From: Chrysomallon squamiferum
Lineage: Eukaryota > Animalia > Mollusca
Direction of reading: 5' to 3'
Assembly: GCA_012295275.1 (NCBI GenBank)
Contig: CM022670.1
Coordinates: 14,942,001 to 15,006,000 of the forward strand
Length of the DNA: 64,000 bases
Shown here: positions 1-20,240 of the stretch, piece after piece
How the letters are laid out: every line of letters starts with the position of its first letter
How positions within the stretch are numbered: the stretch's first letter is position 1
Translations under genes and position numbers: made by a program
Notes under the pieces: model-generated
Database searches by the model: none
Told to the model about the DNA's origin: nothing
Seen by the model: only the letters and a program-made list of their open reading frames with translations

Positions 1-470
1 TGTGCATATGTCAGTTATACAAATGATAGTGAGTGCCAACTTATTAAAGTAAAATAGTACAAAATATTTAAATATTTATTTAATTTTATTTAAATCTATG
101 TTCAGTAGATAAACACACATTATTTAAACAATTCCCACTGTTTTGCTTACAATGGGATCTGATTAATTACAATAAGTAGACCACTGTAGTAATAACTGAA
201 ACAGTCACCAGCTGCTGTCAAGTGTATTTCTCATAAATATGTCAAAAATATTTAGATTTGGTTAAAAACTCATCTATGCAGTATTCTTCCATACAACAAA
301 AACAAAAAATCAATTAAAAAGTTAAAATATTTTCTTTTTTTTAAAATATCAGTTACAAAGTATTGACTTTATTATAAAACAACAAAATACAGCAGTAAAT
401 AATAAAGTACTGTGTTTTTTGTTCATTATTACTTTTCAAATACATATTTAAATACCTATTACATATTTAC

Positions 471-6041
<5,571 letters not shown>

Positions 6042-7282
6042 TTAAAAACATATTCTGTGTTATCAGCATTTACTTTTTACTGTATTTTAAGTAATGAAGT
6101 TCAAAAAATGTTTCATTCTTTCACCACCTCTTTGTTACCTGAATATTACTACCAATAATATTTAAAACGTGAAATAATAATAATAAAAATGTATGATTAA
6201 CAAAAATATTACATACAAATTTTACTGTAACTAAAAACTTGTACTGATTATGTGGGCAACAGTGGAGTAAAACACTTATAAACTACATTGTTAGCAAGAG
6301 AATGGTTTAAATTAATGGAAAGAATCTGAAAAAAGTTTGTGATTGGCAGAATACAAAAAAAACAAAAAACACTACTGCAAAATGTAAAGCATATATTCTT
6401 GAAGATTATCATGACAATGTTTCTGGTAAGGTAAAACAGTGTAATTTGTCACATTTTTGTTTCCAGTTTCAGTGACTGTTAACTCTGTACAGTCACAAGA
6501 AAAAGTTTCTGTTCCAAGTGAGTATTTTGATGGTTTATTTGGATTTTTAAAAACAAGGACCAATTTCAGCATTTGAAATCTGTTCATTTATGGTTAAAAC
6601 CATTCTCTTGATTCCTCTTAAATTGTTAGTTTTACCAAAAAACACGAGGATGGTAAAATACAAATACTCATATTTGTTTTGTTTTTTTCCTGTCATGTTT
6701 TATTACAGTTTAGTCTGTTTTGTTTACAATGAATATATTTATACTTTGATTATAGCAGTGTAGTTGTATTCTGATCTGTTAATATCCTTTTAGTCTGAAT
6801 TTGATGACGAGGCGGAAAAATTGATTGCTTTGACAAGTTTTACAAGCAGAATTGAACTTAAGATTTGTAAGCGTTTCCTAACTGTACTTGTTTATATTTA
6901 GACTAATCATAGCCTAATGTTCAGTAAAACCTTTGCTGACAAGACGCAGATCTAAACTGTTGCCAAATTAGAAAGTTATACAATCCTCTATCCGTGCACA
7001 ATTGTGGTTTTTAATATTTTTATTGATAATTTTGACCTGTCATGTAAGCTGTTGCTGCCAAAAAAAAAAAACTGAGATGTTAAAATAAGTTCAGACATAA
7101 TCTTATTTTCTTAATGAAGTGCAAATGAACAGAAACTATCAACGCCAAATTACCAACCGTTCACTGTTTACTAAACATATGATGGGTAAAAAACGTAAAC
7201 AACATTTGTGATCAGTTAATCCCGAATAAACGCATCACTTGTTGAACATTATACAAGTATCCAAGAAGGAAGTAAACAATAC

Positions 7283-7312
7283 GCATGTGCGGGTTCTACT
7301 AATTACCGACAA
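7283..7312 (-). promoter_or_regulatory. Candidate promoter module of FAM135 (TTGTCGGTAATTAG-N8-GCACATGC on the minus strand)
   Basis: Inverted counterpart of the module at 8477-8506, in the intergenic region of a head-to-head gene pair. The FAM135 ATG is preceded by a splice acceptor (tttcag), so a non-coding first exon further upstream is likely. Confidence 0.45.
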
Positions 7313-8476
7313 CATTATTGCAATTACCTGTTTAATTTGTAGTTTCTAATCATCCCAAACATGTCAAAATAATTAGGATACTGCCATTACAAATTGTATG
7401 TCAATTACAGTGCATTTGTAAAATCAGCTTTTTGAAAAGACGAAATGAAAATAAGAAACCGAAGGACATTTTCCCTATTGATACATAGCTGGGGTTTCTT
7501 GATAATTCTGGGCTTGCTGTCCTTATTTCTGTAACGTTGTCGGCATATATAAATCTGTAATTAATAAATTATGAATTTGTTCTAATTAATTATTTCGGAG
7601 TCTGTTGTAGGTGTCTCTGACATACTTGTCCAGATTTGAACTCTTTCAAGTGTCTGTAACAAACGCAGAAGTAGTGATGCAGAAGTAATTCACAATTATC
7701 TAAATTAAATTCTGATTTGCAGACAAGAACCTAGGCAATACCGACAACAAAGTAAGAAGTAATTATGGAGAAAAATACTGAAATAGCGGTCAAGAGAATG
7801 ATATTAACACTAACGAATAGATTAATATGCAGAATCTGAATGAGTTTGAGGTTGGCAGAATACAAATAACAGATATTTCAAAAAGTAAAACATGCCTTCT
7901 CGTAGATTATAATAATATTAATAATATTTCATATGAGATAAAGCGATTAAACTACATTTAAAATTACCAACAGCATTTTTGAAAAATACCTCCAGTAAAA
8001 AAAATAAAAAAATAAAAATAATAATAATAATAAAAAATATAAAAATATAAAATAAAAGAGAAATAAAAGCAAATAAAAAATAAAATAAAATAAAATAAAA
8101 TAAAATAAATTAAATTAAAATAAAATAAATAAATTAAAATTAAATAAAATACTTGCCTGTTATTCAGAATTTGTTTTCTATGAAATATATTATATGTATT
8201 ATAGAAAATAAATTAGAATTAGAAGTATCTTATAATTATCGACGGCAAATTGAAACTTATACCACAGACAACAAATTCCTAAATAGTTATTATCAAGCTG
8301 TAAATAAATAATTAAATTGAAACAACAGTAAAAGTATCAGTGGGTTTCACATTACTTTTCTTTCCAGTAGTCTGTGTAAAGTTAATTTCAGAAATTCGCA
8401 GTAATTGAAATGCAGCTTTATGTAATTAAGATGATTTTGATGTTTATTATCGGTATTTGGCGGTTTCTTTCGGTTT

Positions 8477-8506
8477 TTGTCGGTAATTAGGATCTTCGGC
8501 ATGTGC
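8477..8506 (+). promoter_or_regulatory. Candidate promoter module of neurochondrin (TTGTCGGTAATTAG-N8-GCATGTGC)
   Basis: Lies 70-100 bp upstream of the NCDN ATG in a locally CG-enriched patch, with CGGT repeated at 10-bp spacing at 8461, 8471 and 8481. Confidence 0.5.
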
Positions 8507-8576
8507 CCGTTAACAGGGGACTGAGTTATATGCAATTATTTTGGAAATATTGCTGTTAAAGTTTTGCTTGATCGTA

Positions 8577-11500
8577 ATGGGAGATGTTGATATACAAAAG
8601 TGTATTAAAGCATTAAAACAGGCACAGTCAGACAATGATAAATTCGCAGCTTTGCTTTTGGTAAGCAGTAAACGACTGCCGATTGTTTCCTTCGAAAAAT
8701 TACAAGAAGTGGAACCAAAAAAAAAAAAATACCACACCAAAAACCCCCACCCAAACAACACTTTTTTTATTTTTATTTTTTATTTTGGATGGAATTAATC
8801 AAATATTTTCTTTAGATCAATGTCAGCAGAAATTTTACAACTATTTATTTGTTTTTAAAAGATCGCATAATCTAGAGTGATGATGATCCGCGGGTCTTCT
8901 TAAATAATTACATCAATATATTACATGCAATATAATGAATATTGCATTCAGCTTCTTCGACTTTTCCACGACTGTCATGTAATAATAATAATAATAATAA
9001 TATGTGAGGGCCATTACACTCATTTATTCAAAAATATATAGTAAAGAAACGAGCTTAAAATTGCAAGTAAACAAATGGAGTGATTGATGGTTTTTTTTTT
9101 TTAATATGTTCATGTAATAGTGGCACAGAACCACAGAAAAGCAAAAACAAATATGTTCTGTTTGTGTCCTAAAAAGGTATAATTAAATAATGAGCTTTGG
9201 CTGGCGTAATATTAAAAATTATTGATGTATAAAACGTTTTCATTGATCAGAACATTAAACAGTTCACACATTATAAATGTGATAAATTGAAAAACTTAAA
9301 ATTGAAACATAGCTTTAAAATTTTTGCATACGATTTAAAATTTGCAAAATTTTTAATTTGTTTTGGCTTACAGTGCAAATAATTAAATAAAATTTCTTTA
9401 ATATTTCTGCTTGAAAAAAAAGAGCTGATATAACAACATATAGATATAGATATTATCTTTTGGTTGTTTCATATATTTTTCTTTTCTTTTAGATTACCAA
9501 ATTTATGAATGTTGAGAAGAATGATCTGTCAGAAAAAAGAGAAATTCTTGATGCCCTTGGATATTCATTCCTAACAAGACTTCTTAAAACTAGTAATAAT
9601 TTTAAATCATAATTATTGATATTTAAATGTATTTTGTCAATCCCCACAGAAAAAAAAAAAAAAAAAAAAATTATTAATAATAATAAAAATGATAATAGAT
9701 ATTAGGTTGTAAATGTTAGTTTTTAGGAATATCAATAAATATATTACTTCAGTGGTCCAGTATTCCAGAAATCTTCTTGAGTGCCATCAGACTTCAAAAC
9801 TATATGAACTCTTGAATCATTTTGTATTGTTTTAATTGACTCCCTGCACAATGGCTTTTCTAATACTTTGTTAACAGAAATGTAAACTTCTACATTAAAA
9901 GGCAACAGGAAACATTTTAATTTTTTTTAAAAGTGCAGTGTTTAAATCGTTGATGAGATATATGATGCAGAAATAAAATTTTAATAGATGAATGTTCTTA
10001 TATTATAAATATTTTTTATTTGTTATTTTTCAGCTGTTGTGCCTGATGGTTGTCCCCCCTGTATTTACAAATCTGTGGCACTCAGTATTTTGTCCAGCTG
10101 TTGTTCAGATCCAAATGTGGTTTGTATTTGTTCTTTGTTCATGTATGTCTTATCACAAAGTCATAATCACTTAATTGAAGTATATGATGCACTTAATTGT
10201 GGAATTAACTGATCTTGTTTTTTTTCCTGTATGGCAGATTCATTTATGATTTTGCAGCATTTTTTGTATTGGTTTGGTTGATCTTTGTGAAAAAAGGTTT
10301 CAGGTTGGTGGTACAGATTCCTAGCTTGGAGTACACTGGATGATGTTAGCTGTCATCATTTACACTGATGTTATTTTATTTTCTGCAAGGTTGCAGTAAT
10401 ACTGAGTTTCATTAACAACAGATGATCATTCTCCTTGAATAAGTTATTTTATCTTGATTATGATAAATTGCTGCTTCACTTTTTTAAAACTTATGTTTAT
10501 TTGCACCAGTCTGGGATAATAGTGTTAAAATTCAGAATTTAAAACAGTAGTCCAGAATTGTAATTAATACCATTCATAAAACAATGTATAACATTACAAT
10601 ATCCATGAAACTGTTTATGTTTGACTTTTGAGACTGAAATAGTATTATTATTTAAATATTTTAACCATTGCTAATAGTATATAAATCATTGCTAATTCCA
10701 GGTTTCACATCCTGAGTTGAAAAAGCAAGTACCTATATTCTGTGAAATTATTGTTCAAGGAAATGAGTAAGTTGAAGGTTATTTTTTTTTAACATATATG
10801 ACAGTGTATTAATTGTAAAATCATTACCTGAAGTTATTGTTCACGTTCAGTTAATAAAACAACTTTGGAGCTAAGCTGATTTATAATACTTTATGCTATG
10901 TATAATATAAATTAAAAGCTATTTTTCAATTTGTCAGTTTTATGATAAAATTTAATTGGTTTTAAAATATTTAAAACAAGTTGTGGATGAAACTGGTGTG
11001 ATTCCATCATACCTAAGATTTAAAATATATATTTTCTAAGTGATAGTAAATGATGACAGTCCACCAGAATGTGACACCCTGTCAGTGTATATTCACAGTG
11101 ATGAGGTGGGTCATCATTCTTCTGGGATGAGAAATTATAATTAAACAGTTTTCAAGGAGAGACATTATCTTGTGTTTGGTTGTAGTAAGAGCACAGATGA
11201 GTTGGAGCAGAGTGTGGTGTCTGATTGCTATGACTGTATCAAACAGATGGCGTCTACAAGGACAGGGCAGCTGACGCTGATTGAAGGAGGACTTGTCCCA
11301 GCTTTAGTAACAGTCATCACCAACAGCAGCGGTTTGTTTGTTTGTTCACTGCAGAAACATAAAATGTTGAAAATGTTTTTTAGTTTAATTTTTTAAATTT
11401 TTTTTTTTTTTTTAACCTGATGTTTGTTAATATTCACTATCGATGATGAAAATACATGTGTTCATAATAAATGCAATTGCTTCAGCATTCCATTACAGCA

Positions 11501-14500
11501 TAGTTAGAATTTTTTTTTTGAGTGCAAAATAAACATCTCATGTATTAGTTCTTTGAATTTTTTTTTTTTTAATATGGAGAGATAGTAAGATGTTTAATAA
11601 ATTATGTTTTCATTATGCATTTCAGAAAGGGGAAAGGCATTTGAGATTTTAATGAATTTACTGCAGAGCAGAGGGAAAGATATTTGGAGAGGGAATATTG
11701 GTTGTTATGTTGAAATAATGAAGTGGCTGGTGACATGTTTAAAAGATAGTGAGGTGAGTGTTTGTTTAAGACTTTAAAGTATTAAACAACAGAGCTAACC
11801 TGTAAATATATTATTGATAAATATTCATACACAGTGAATTTAGAAACAAAAATAATATTTAAAATATAAAGGATGAAATCGGCTGCAAAATGTTTATATC
11901 TAACTGTTTGTTGAAAAGTAAATTTCATATTGTATGCATTGCTGCAAAAATGCATCTGTTTTACTGTTGTGATTAGAGTTTAACAATAAACACAGTGCTT
12001 TTGAACTTGTATACAAATTAAATTAATTGACACATATGTGATAAATGACTGTTGGTAATTAGATGGTTAGGGAAACATTTTTCATTATCATTGAAAACCA
12101 GTGGTTTCATTTCATAAGCACAAGAGTTGGATGATAGAAAACGATTATCTTATTCTTAGTTTAAATTTGGTTTATGTTTGGTTTGTTTTCAGTTCAAAAA
12201 AAAAAAAAAAATATTAATGATAATTTGGTATTATTTTATTTTAAATATTAACATTACACTAATATAATTTGAAAGTTGAATATATAATGTACATATATCC
12301 CCAAATGTAATAATATAAAATGAATACTTGTAACTTTTCAGGATATTGACAAGTTTGAGCTATGTGATATTCTTATTTGTTTTTTATCAGCAAATATATC
12401 AGTAAGTTTCTCCAATTATCTTTAACAATAATTTTTTTTCCTCAAGGATTAAATATTGAAAAGATAAAAGATAAATCCACATTATTATGATTCTGTTGTT
12501 AGTGTTTTATTTTCTGTAAAAACATTAAAATACCTAAATTTATATTCAGCAGAGCATGAACTAATTTAAGAAATAATCGGTATAAAATTTAAAAATATTT
12601 TAAATTTATTTTATATCTGATACAGATTTTACTTGAATGGTGTGTAAATTAATTAATTTGTTATGCACCTTTACACACACGTGTAGACATATGCACAACC
12701 ACATATTTCAGAGATAATAAAACAGGTATAATTAAATGTAATTCATTATAATACACGCTTTTTTCATTTTGTTTATGCAGTATCTTATTACACAACAAAG
12801 ATAAATATTCAGATTTTTTATTTTTGTTTTTTATTATTAGGATGAACTTGAGAAAGCACCTTGGATAGGACCGCTAGTTTCTATACTTGACAGTCTCATC
12901 AGATGTAAACTAGGTAATTATATAAATATTTCATGGTAAACATGGTAAACTAAAATAGTAAAATAATGGTATTTAAAAACAATATATATATATATAAATA
13001 ATTACATGGTAATTATATAAATATTTCATGGTAAACATGGTAAACTAAAATAGTAAAAACACTCTTAAGGGATCTTACTGAATTATCCATTTTACAAAAA
13101 ACCACATTTGAATGATTTACTGACATTTATTAACACTTGAAATACTGATCTTATCTTTAAAGGTGCCACACACAGAGAATCTGTTTTGAAACTTGCATCA
13201 CATGTTGTCATTACATTTGGTGTAAAAAGTGTCTTGCCACCATTCACACAGGACAGCAAACTGATTCTTATTTTGATACATCTGACCTGTATTGAAGTGA
13301 GAATGGTGCTTGAAGATGGTAACATGCAAAAGGTATGAACAATTCATGTCCATTAAAATTTGGACAGATTATTATTTTAATATTTATCAGTCTTCCAGTA
13401 AATATTTAATGACAGCAGCTAATAGTAGTAATTGTACCCCTCCAAGAGCAACAACAAAAAAAGCAACCAGTGTACACATGTAAATTTTGTGTCATACAAC
13501 TTAAAACTACATAAACTGTTATGAAAAAACTGCAGCAAAAACAATGCCATTTTGTTCCATTTCTTCAGCTTTTTAAAATAACTAAATTTAATCATCTGTC
13601 AGTTTGTGACTATTCTATTGATTGACATTTCAGTAAAGGTTACTACTGTAATTTATAGAGAATGTCATATTAAAATAAAAATATGAAATTATAGATCAAT
13701 ATTAAAAATAAGTTTTATGTGATTAACCTTTGCACAATAATATTATAACTGTGTTTTGTTTGTTCTGAGTGTTTCTGAAACCTTTTTAGTGATAGTTGGT
13801 TTTGAAATTTTCAATTTTATTTAAAAAATCTGTTGCATACTAATTGACTACTTGGTTTTTGTAATTTATCAGTTGTTTGATGTTTTAGATAAAGTTTTCA
13901 AAGAGATATTTATTAATTATAGATTGAGGAAAAAATGGAAGTTCTCTGTACCTATTATTCTTTACTGGAAGCTGTGATAGGCTACATGACTGTAGGAGAA
14001 TCACTTCCGCTTGACTCAACACAAGTTGTCCAGCTACATTCTGCGATGACTGGAGCCTTCAACAGTATCATTTATTTCTTGTCACAGACAGCAGAAGCTC
14101 ACACATATAAAGTAAATAACACAGATTTACATGTTTTACTGATTTCTTAGTGTTGAGTGAAAGAATTATGTGGATAAATAATTCAGTAATAATTTTTATT
14201 CTAATTACTAAAGGTGTGACATTTGTATATATTCTAACTAAACAGCTACAGTATTTTGATAATTATTGTTAAAAAATGGATAAAACTGCAGATGTAAACT
14301 TAATTCTTAGCTTGGTAGTACTTAATGAGGAGTTAGTTTCTGCATGTAAATGTAGCACCATTTAAATATGGAAGTACATAACTGTTGTTATTTACTAATA
14401 CTCATGACAGCACATAAATGTGTTACTGTTGTATTGGTCATTATTAGTACTGACATTGCATATTGTAGGAAATGTCTGTCTTTTTAACTTCAGGAATCTT

Positions 14501-17500
14501 ATCATCCTGTAGTTATAGCATCTGTGCGAATGCTGGGTGCATGGCTAGCAGAAGAAACAGAAAGTTTGAAGAAAGAAATACTCAGCCTTCTGCCTTTTCT
14601 TGTCCATATCTGGTAGGTTGATAATTATTTTAACTATATTGGCATGTGTTTTTTTTACTTCTAATAGCTCAGAATTTTTATTATTTTTATTTTTAGAGAT
14701 ACATACTGTTAAAAACATTTCTCAGTCTCTCTGTATTTATACTGAATAGTAGCTCCAAGATTTGTTATTTTCATCACTTGTTTGAAAGGTTTGTCTTAAC
14801 TGTCTCAGATGATTTAGTTGTTATCAAGAAAATTGCCCCAGCACTTTGTAATGAAAAAATCTATGACTACTTTTTTTTTTATTTATCATAAATTATGATA
14901 ACTTCATCATTGTTAGTGAATTTATAATTTTCTTTCCACTGAGAATTTCATTTATTTAAGGCTTTATAAATGTTTCAGAACCATGATGGACATAATGAAT
15001 ACATAAATAAATGGAAACTCCATCTGTTTTCAGCAAAATGTCTGTTGATATTTCTGTAAGTATGGAGACTCTGACATTAAAAAAGACAGAAGACCGCGAC
15101 ATGGAATGCTGTGAGTGTTCGCAGGATGATGTGAATTCACAGACTGAGGATGATGGTGTTGACGTAATCCGTTTTCTTCTACCAGGATTTTGTCATCTCA
15201 CGTCAGAAGATGAAGCCAGAAAGATCTTGATACAAGAAGGTGCACCCACATTTCTGGTTGATTATTTCAAAAAGAAGATGGAGATATTCCTGAAAAACAA
15301 GGAAAAATCAGAAATACAGGTAATTGTTTTATTAAGAAACGTTAATAGTGTTACTGTATATTCTGTAATCTATGGTGGAATATGTTGAAAGTTTTACTTT
15401 AGTTTGTGGTTTTCAGTTACTTATTATTTGTATTCTGTGGATCATATTATAAGAAGAGTTTTTGTATGAGAGTTAGAGAATCTGAAATAGGGTTGCACCA
15501 GTCTTAAAGCTATTTTCAAGACAGTAGCACGTTATGGGTGATGTTGGTAATTAAGCAGAAATAATGGTTATCCTACCACAAGCAAAATGTAGCACAAAAA
15601 CTCAGTTGTGCAGCACCAGTAATTTGACAGAATAAGCATGGTCTTAATAATGTTTGTTAATTAAATTAAATTGTTAATCAAATTAGGTACATTTTTGAGA
15701 TTTAAAAAAAGAAGTAACAATGACATTTGGATTTCTGAGAAAAGTTAGGAAAGTTGAGGAAAATGTTACACATGCATTTCCCTTATATACCCACAGAGTA
15801 CTGTCAACATACTTGCGAAAATCTTTTAAACTGAAAACCTTTTTAACAACAAAGTTCCTGTTCGTATTTTGAATATCACTGATGATGTGAATGCTGATAG
15901 AAATTATTTGTGATTCTCTGACATAAGATCAGCAAAACCAGCAGATATATCTCACACATATCATCTCCTTAACACATGTCAGGACAGTCAAAGTTTTTTA
16001 AATCTAAGTGGTTATTCTATTTTTGACAGGATACTGTGTGTACTTTGTGTGGCATTCTTTTAAATTTGGCTGTGACAGAACCAGATCTGGCAGCAAGTCA
16101 TCACCAATTTCATAGCCTTTTGGATTCATTATTTTTATACCTTCCTCAGATTGGTAAGTATATTGGATCTTTTGTTTTTCAAATATAATTATTTTAAGCC
16201 TTTGACACCAATCTTTAAAACTGCCTCCCCCTCAAGGTTCTGAAGAAGAAATTACTTTGAATGAAAGAATCTTTCATAAATTTAGTGAATTTACATTTAG
16301 TATGTTTTCTGTTATAAGTTTCAACCCCATTTTTATATCTATGGTGCTATAGGTAAATTTTTTAAGACCTAAATTTATATCAACATTAAACCTGTGTCAC
16401 TGTCATCATCATCATCATCATATATATATAAAACTTTTATTTTAGAAAATGAAATTGGAGATTCTTTAAATAAAAATTTAAAAAAGCAGTCCTGAATTTC
16501 AAGTTAATTTTAGATTAGAGATGAAACAAAGTCAAAAATATATACATATGTGACATAGTAATGCCCATTTTTTATTTCTGCTTTCATCATTTTATTATAT
16601 ATATTTTTAAAATATTATATTATTTAATTCTTTTTTAGTCTATTTTACAAATGATACTTAAATTTTTTTTATAGTATATATATATATTGTTCAGTAATAG
16701 TAGTAAAAAATATGGTATTACTTTTGTCACACCCTGTATGTATGTAATTAGGTTACTGCTTTTTTTCAGCACTTGATTCCAGTCTTCTGCTTGTGACAGC
16801 TAATTTTGCATCTCTTGGGCTTATAATTATTCGAAACCAGAATAAAAGACAAGGTAATAAAGAAAATTATTTCTATCAATTACCCAGCTTTACTGTTTCC
16901 ATTAAATTTCACCATTCTTCTCTTTTCAAATTAAAAATAATACTGAAATGTTTTATCAATTTAATAACTGTGCCAAGTTGTTGTTTTTCACCAAACATAA
17001 ATGATAGAATATTTTTATTGAATAAAACGTAAAGGTTATAGAAGTCTGTTTTGCTTTTTTCCTGATATCCAACAAATTAATGTCAGTTTTTAATTTTGCT
17101 TTCTGTAGATATTAAAGTTGAAGACAGAAATCGTTTTTTGGCTTCGTCCGTTTCATTTCTGAAGAATGCTCACAGGTCATCGAAGGTCAGCAGTCAGTGC
17201 TGTCTGGTTTTATCAGACAGTTACTCAGAGCTGTGGTCAAGTATCAAACATCTGTGGTTCATTTCAATCGATGGTAGGTTTTCATTAATTACAAAATTTA
17301 TAAAATTTAATCATACATCGTAACATTTGACCTTTGTCATTCTGTGGTCGTATTTTCCATCTTAACAGATTGTCCCTAGCTGACTTAGCATAAAGAATAA
17401 TATTAATAAAATTACAGTATCAGCAGAATCAAAAAAAATATTTATGTAATAAATAATTTAAAATAAATAAAGTTTAACAGAATGAGTAAACATTTATTCC

Positions 17501-19083
17501 CTCAAAATAGCTGTACCAAATGGCTTGATAGTTCTTTGTTAATGATGAGATACTGGATATACTGTATTTATATATATATATATCATTTTGGTCAAGGGTC
17601 AATATGTATTTATTAAAATTTATGTTGGATGTCTCAAGTTTTTATTTTAATTTATATCTCAGTATTAAATAACAATATTTCAGACTAATTGTTGAAGTCG
17701 AACTTCACACAGAATATTTGACATAAGTATAACAGATTTTGTGGAAAGTCTGTGCAATACAGTCACATTTACAGATTTTTATTCATGAAATGGAATGTGA
17801 AATTTACAACAAAAAAAATATATATAAATACAAAATTAAGAAAATTAAAATGAAATAAGAAAAAAGACACTGATTGGAATGGCTTAAATATACATATTTA
17901 TTTTGTTTTTAAGATTACATAATTATATTATATCAATATTTTATACATTGATGACAAATTAAAGGATCCTGCAAATTTTCTGAGCTTATTGTTTTGTATT
18001 CTTTTTTCATTTTCTTTTCACAGTGTTGACAGCTTTAATGTCAGTTATGCCAGACGTAATACAGATTATAATCAAATCAGGATGGCTACCATCATTACTC
18101 AGAACTTTAATAGATGTCCGAGGTATGTTTGTTAATAAAATTTTACTGAATATTTGAAAATCACATTACATAATTCTTCACTGAAAATGTTTCATATATG
18201 AAATTACTGACAATGTATAGTTTTCTCCATTTATCTTGTTCTAATTAAATTTCATTATTTTTATTTATTGTCTTAAAATATATATATAAAAATGAATAAA
18301 ACTCCCACAAATAATAAATTTAGATGAATTATTAGGCTGTGATGCATAACAAATTAGATACCTGTATTTGAATATTTTATAATGTTAAAGTATTCATCTC
18401 GCATTTATTAGTTCTATTGAAACATTTAAAATATATTTTTATTCTTTGAACAGATGCAGATGTGGATAATGATGTCAAAGTAACTTATCTTTTACTGCTT
18501 CTGGCTGCCGCAAAAAACAGCTGTGCAGCAAAGAAAATCATAGTTGAAAAGGGAGGATTAGAAGTGGCAAAGTAAGCAACTTTTATCTTTAACATTTCTT
18601 TAATTCTCTTTGATTGCTAATGTACAGCAGTAATTCAGTGTTCAACTTCAGAAGAGTCTTTAGTTGCATGTTTAATAGTTAGTAATAATGGTGTATTTCA
18701 TTAACTGTTGGCCTTAAGTAGAGCCAAAACCCCCCCAAAAAACTTAATAATAATAATAAAAACAAGTTGAAGAAGTTTTAAACCATATAGCCATGAAATG
18801 TTATGATAATAAAATTTACCTGATAACACTGAACAAGTATTTTATTATGACAATGATATTAATAATAACACACTATAAAAGATTTTTTTTTAATCTTCAC
18901 ATATTATTTTTGTCATCAGTTAATAATATTAATACCTAGCTACATTCTTGGCCCAAATTAAGTGTATAACTAATAGAACATTCAAATATGTATTTTCACA
19001 GAGTGATTTTTGTTTTCGTTCTTCTCTATTTCAGGATCTACAAAGACCAGCAACTGTTTAATGTTCTCAGCACATCTGTATAG
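8577..19083 (+). CDS. NCDN: Neurochondrin (norbin) homolog, ~714 aa. Eighteen exons: 8577-8660, 9493-9592, 10034-10119, 10702-10766, 11186-11331, 11626-11753, 12342-12401, 12841-12913, 13163-13332, 13923-14111, 14494-14612, 15034-15319, 16030-16153, 16770-16853, 17109-17273, 18024-18122, 18454-18571, 19035-19083.
   Basis: All introns are GT-AG with compatible phases, totalling 2145 nt from ATG to TAG. Diagnostic motifs: [88 protein letters not shown]. Confidence 0.95.
12913..13058 (+). repeat. ~50-bp direct duplication that includes the NCDN intron-8 donor (copies start at 12913 and 13008)
   Basis: ggtaattatataaatatttcatggtaaacatggtaaactaaaatagtaaaa occurs twice, 95 bp apart. Confidence 0.9.
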
Positions 19084-19182
19084 AGAAAGATTCTGTCACA
19101 CACATTATAAAATGATCAAACAGTTATGATGCATGTTATCCGGTGGACTGTTGAAAACAACAGATTTGTATTCATTTGTAAC

Positions 19183-19200
19183 AATAAATCATGAAATAAA
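19183..19200 (+). terminator. Candidate polyadenylation signals of NCDN
   Basis: Two AATAAA hexamers ~100 bp after the stop codon, followed by a T/GT-rich tract at ~19220. The AT-rich background limits certainty. Confidence 0.45.
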
Positions 19201-20100
19201 TAAAATATTTGAGAAAGGATTTTTTGTTTGTTAAAGCTCAATAATAATTGTGGGCGTAATTAATATGAATTGTGTATAAGAAGAAGAAACTAGTTTTGTA
19301 ACAAAAGTGAATTAAGTCAAGAAACTTTTTATCACAAAAATGAAGATGGATTTTAATGGAAACATTGCACTATTGGCACAAGTAGCAATCTGGCAGATAA
19401 ATAGAATACAAATTCAGTATTTCAGAATTTAATATTTTGTAATATTTGAGCAGAATTCATTCCATTTCACCAGACTACAAATTATGGGGAACATTTTTTT
19501 TTTTTTAAATTTTATTTTTTTTTTTTTTATTCATCTAAGATCCAGTAAGACCCACTGTAGACCACAGCAAATGTCACAGCATCAGTTCCCTGTTCAAGTA
19601 TTACAACATTTTCTTTTGTTTTACATTTTATTTTTAACATAAATTAAAAGGAATTGGACAAAATGTGCATTAATGTAAATTTAATGTAGTCCAATAAACT
19701 TAGAATGTGATTAAAAAGAAATGCATTGACAACAAAAGAAAGTCAGACTTGTTTTTTACTTAATTTTTTACTTAATTTTAAAACTTTTATTTTTAACATG
19801 CATTTCATAAAAATAAAACAAGATGGTGTTCATTGAATTTTTATCTGACTCTGCCTTCTTGTGGATTAAATGTAATGAAATATTTTTAATAGTATTTAAT
19901 GATCCAATATAATAGATTGATACTAGTGTTACTGTTATGTTGCTGCATGATGCAGCTTGGTTGTTGTTTTCTTCACGACCAGAAAAGAAAGATTGATGTG
20001 ATTGAGTATTATTTTCCTTTAAGAACATGTATCATTTAATTTTGTATATCATGGTGGTAGTACCAAGCATGCATAGTGTGACTGAAATGCTTGTCAAAAC

Positions 20101-20240
20101 CCTTGTCAGATATGACCCCTGACAAGTGTAACTCCTGTCAGACATACCCCTATTAAATAAAACTCCTGTTGGACATAAGACCTCTGTGAGACATACCCGC
20201 TGATCAACAAAACACTGAAACATAACCCCTGTCTGACCAC
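20101..20240. repeat. Degenerate ~16-bp tandem repeat (consensus roughly CCTGTCAGACATAAC)
   Basis: Recurring units: ccttgtcagatatgac / ccctgacaagtgtaac / tcctgtcagacatac / tcctgttggacataagac / ctctgtgagacatac / ccctgtctgac. Confidence 0.55.

Noticed and set aside
14973-15033. Alternative upstream acceptor or ATG for NCDN exon 12 (ORF 15011-15388)
   Set aside because: The acceptor at ~14978 would create TGA. The acceptor at 15033 keeps the frame, so the ORF's ATG is intronic.
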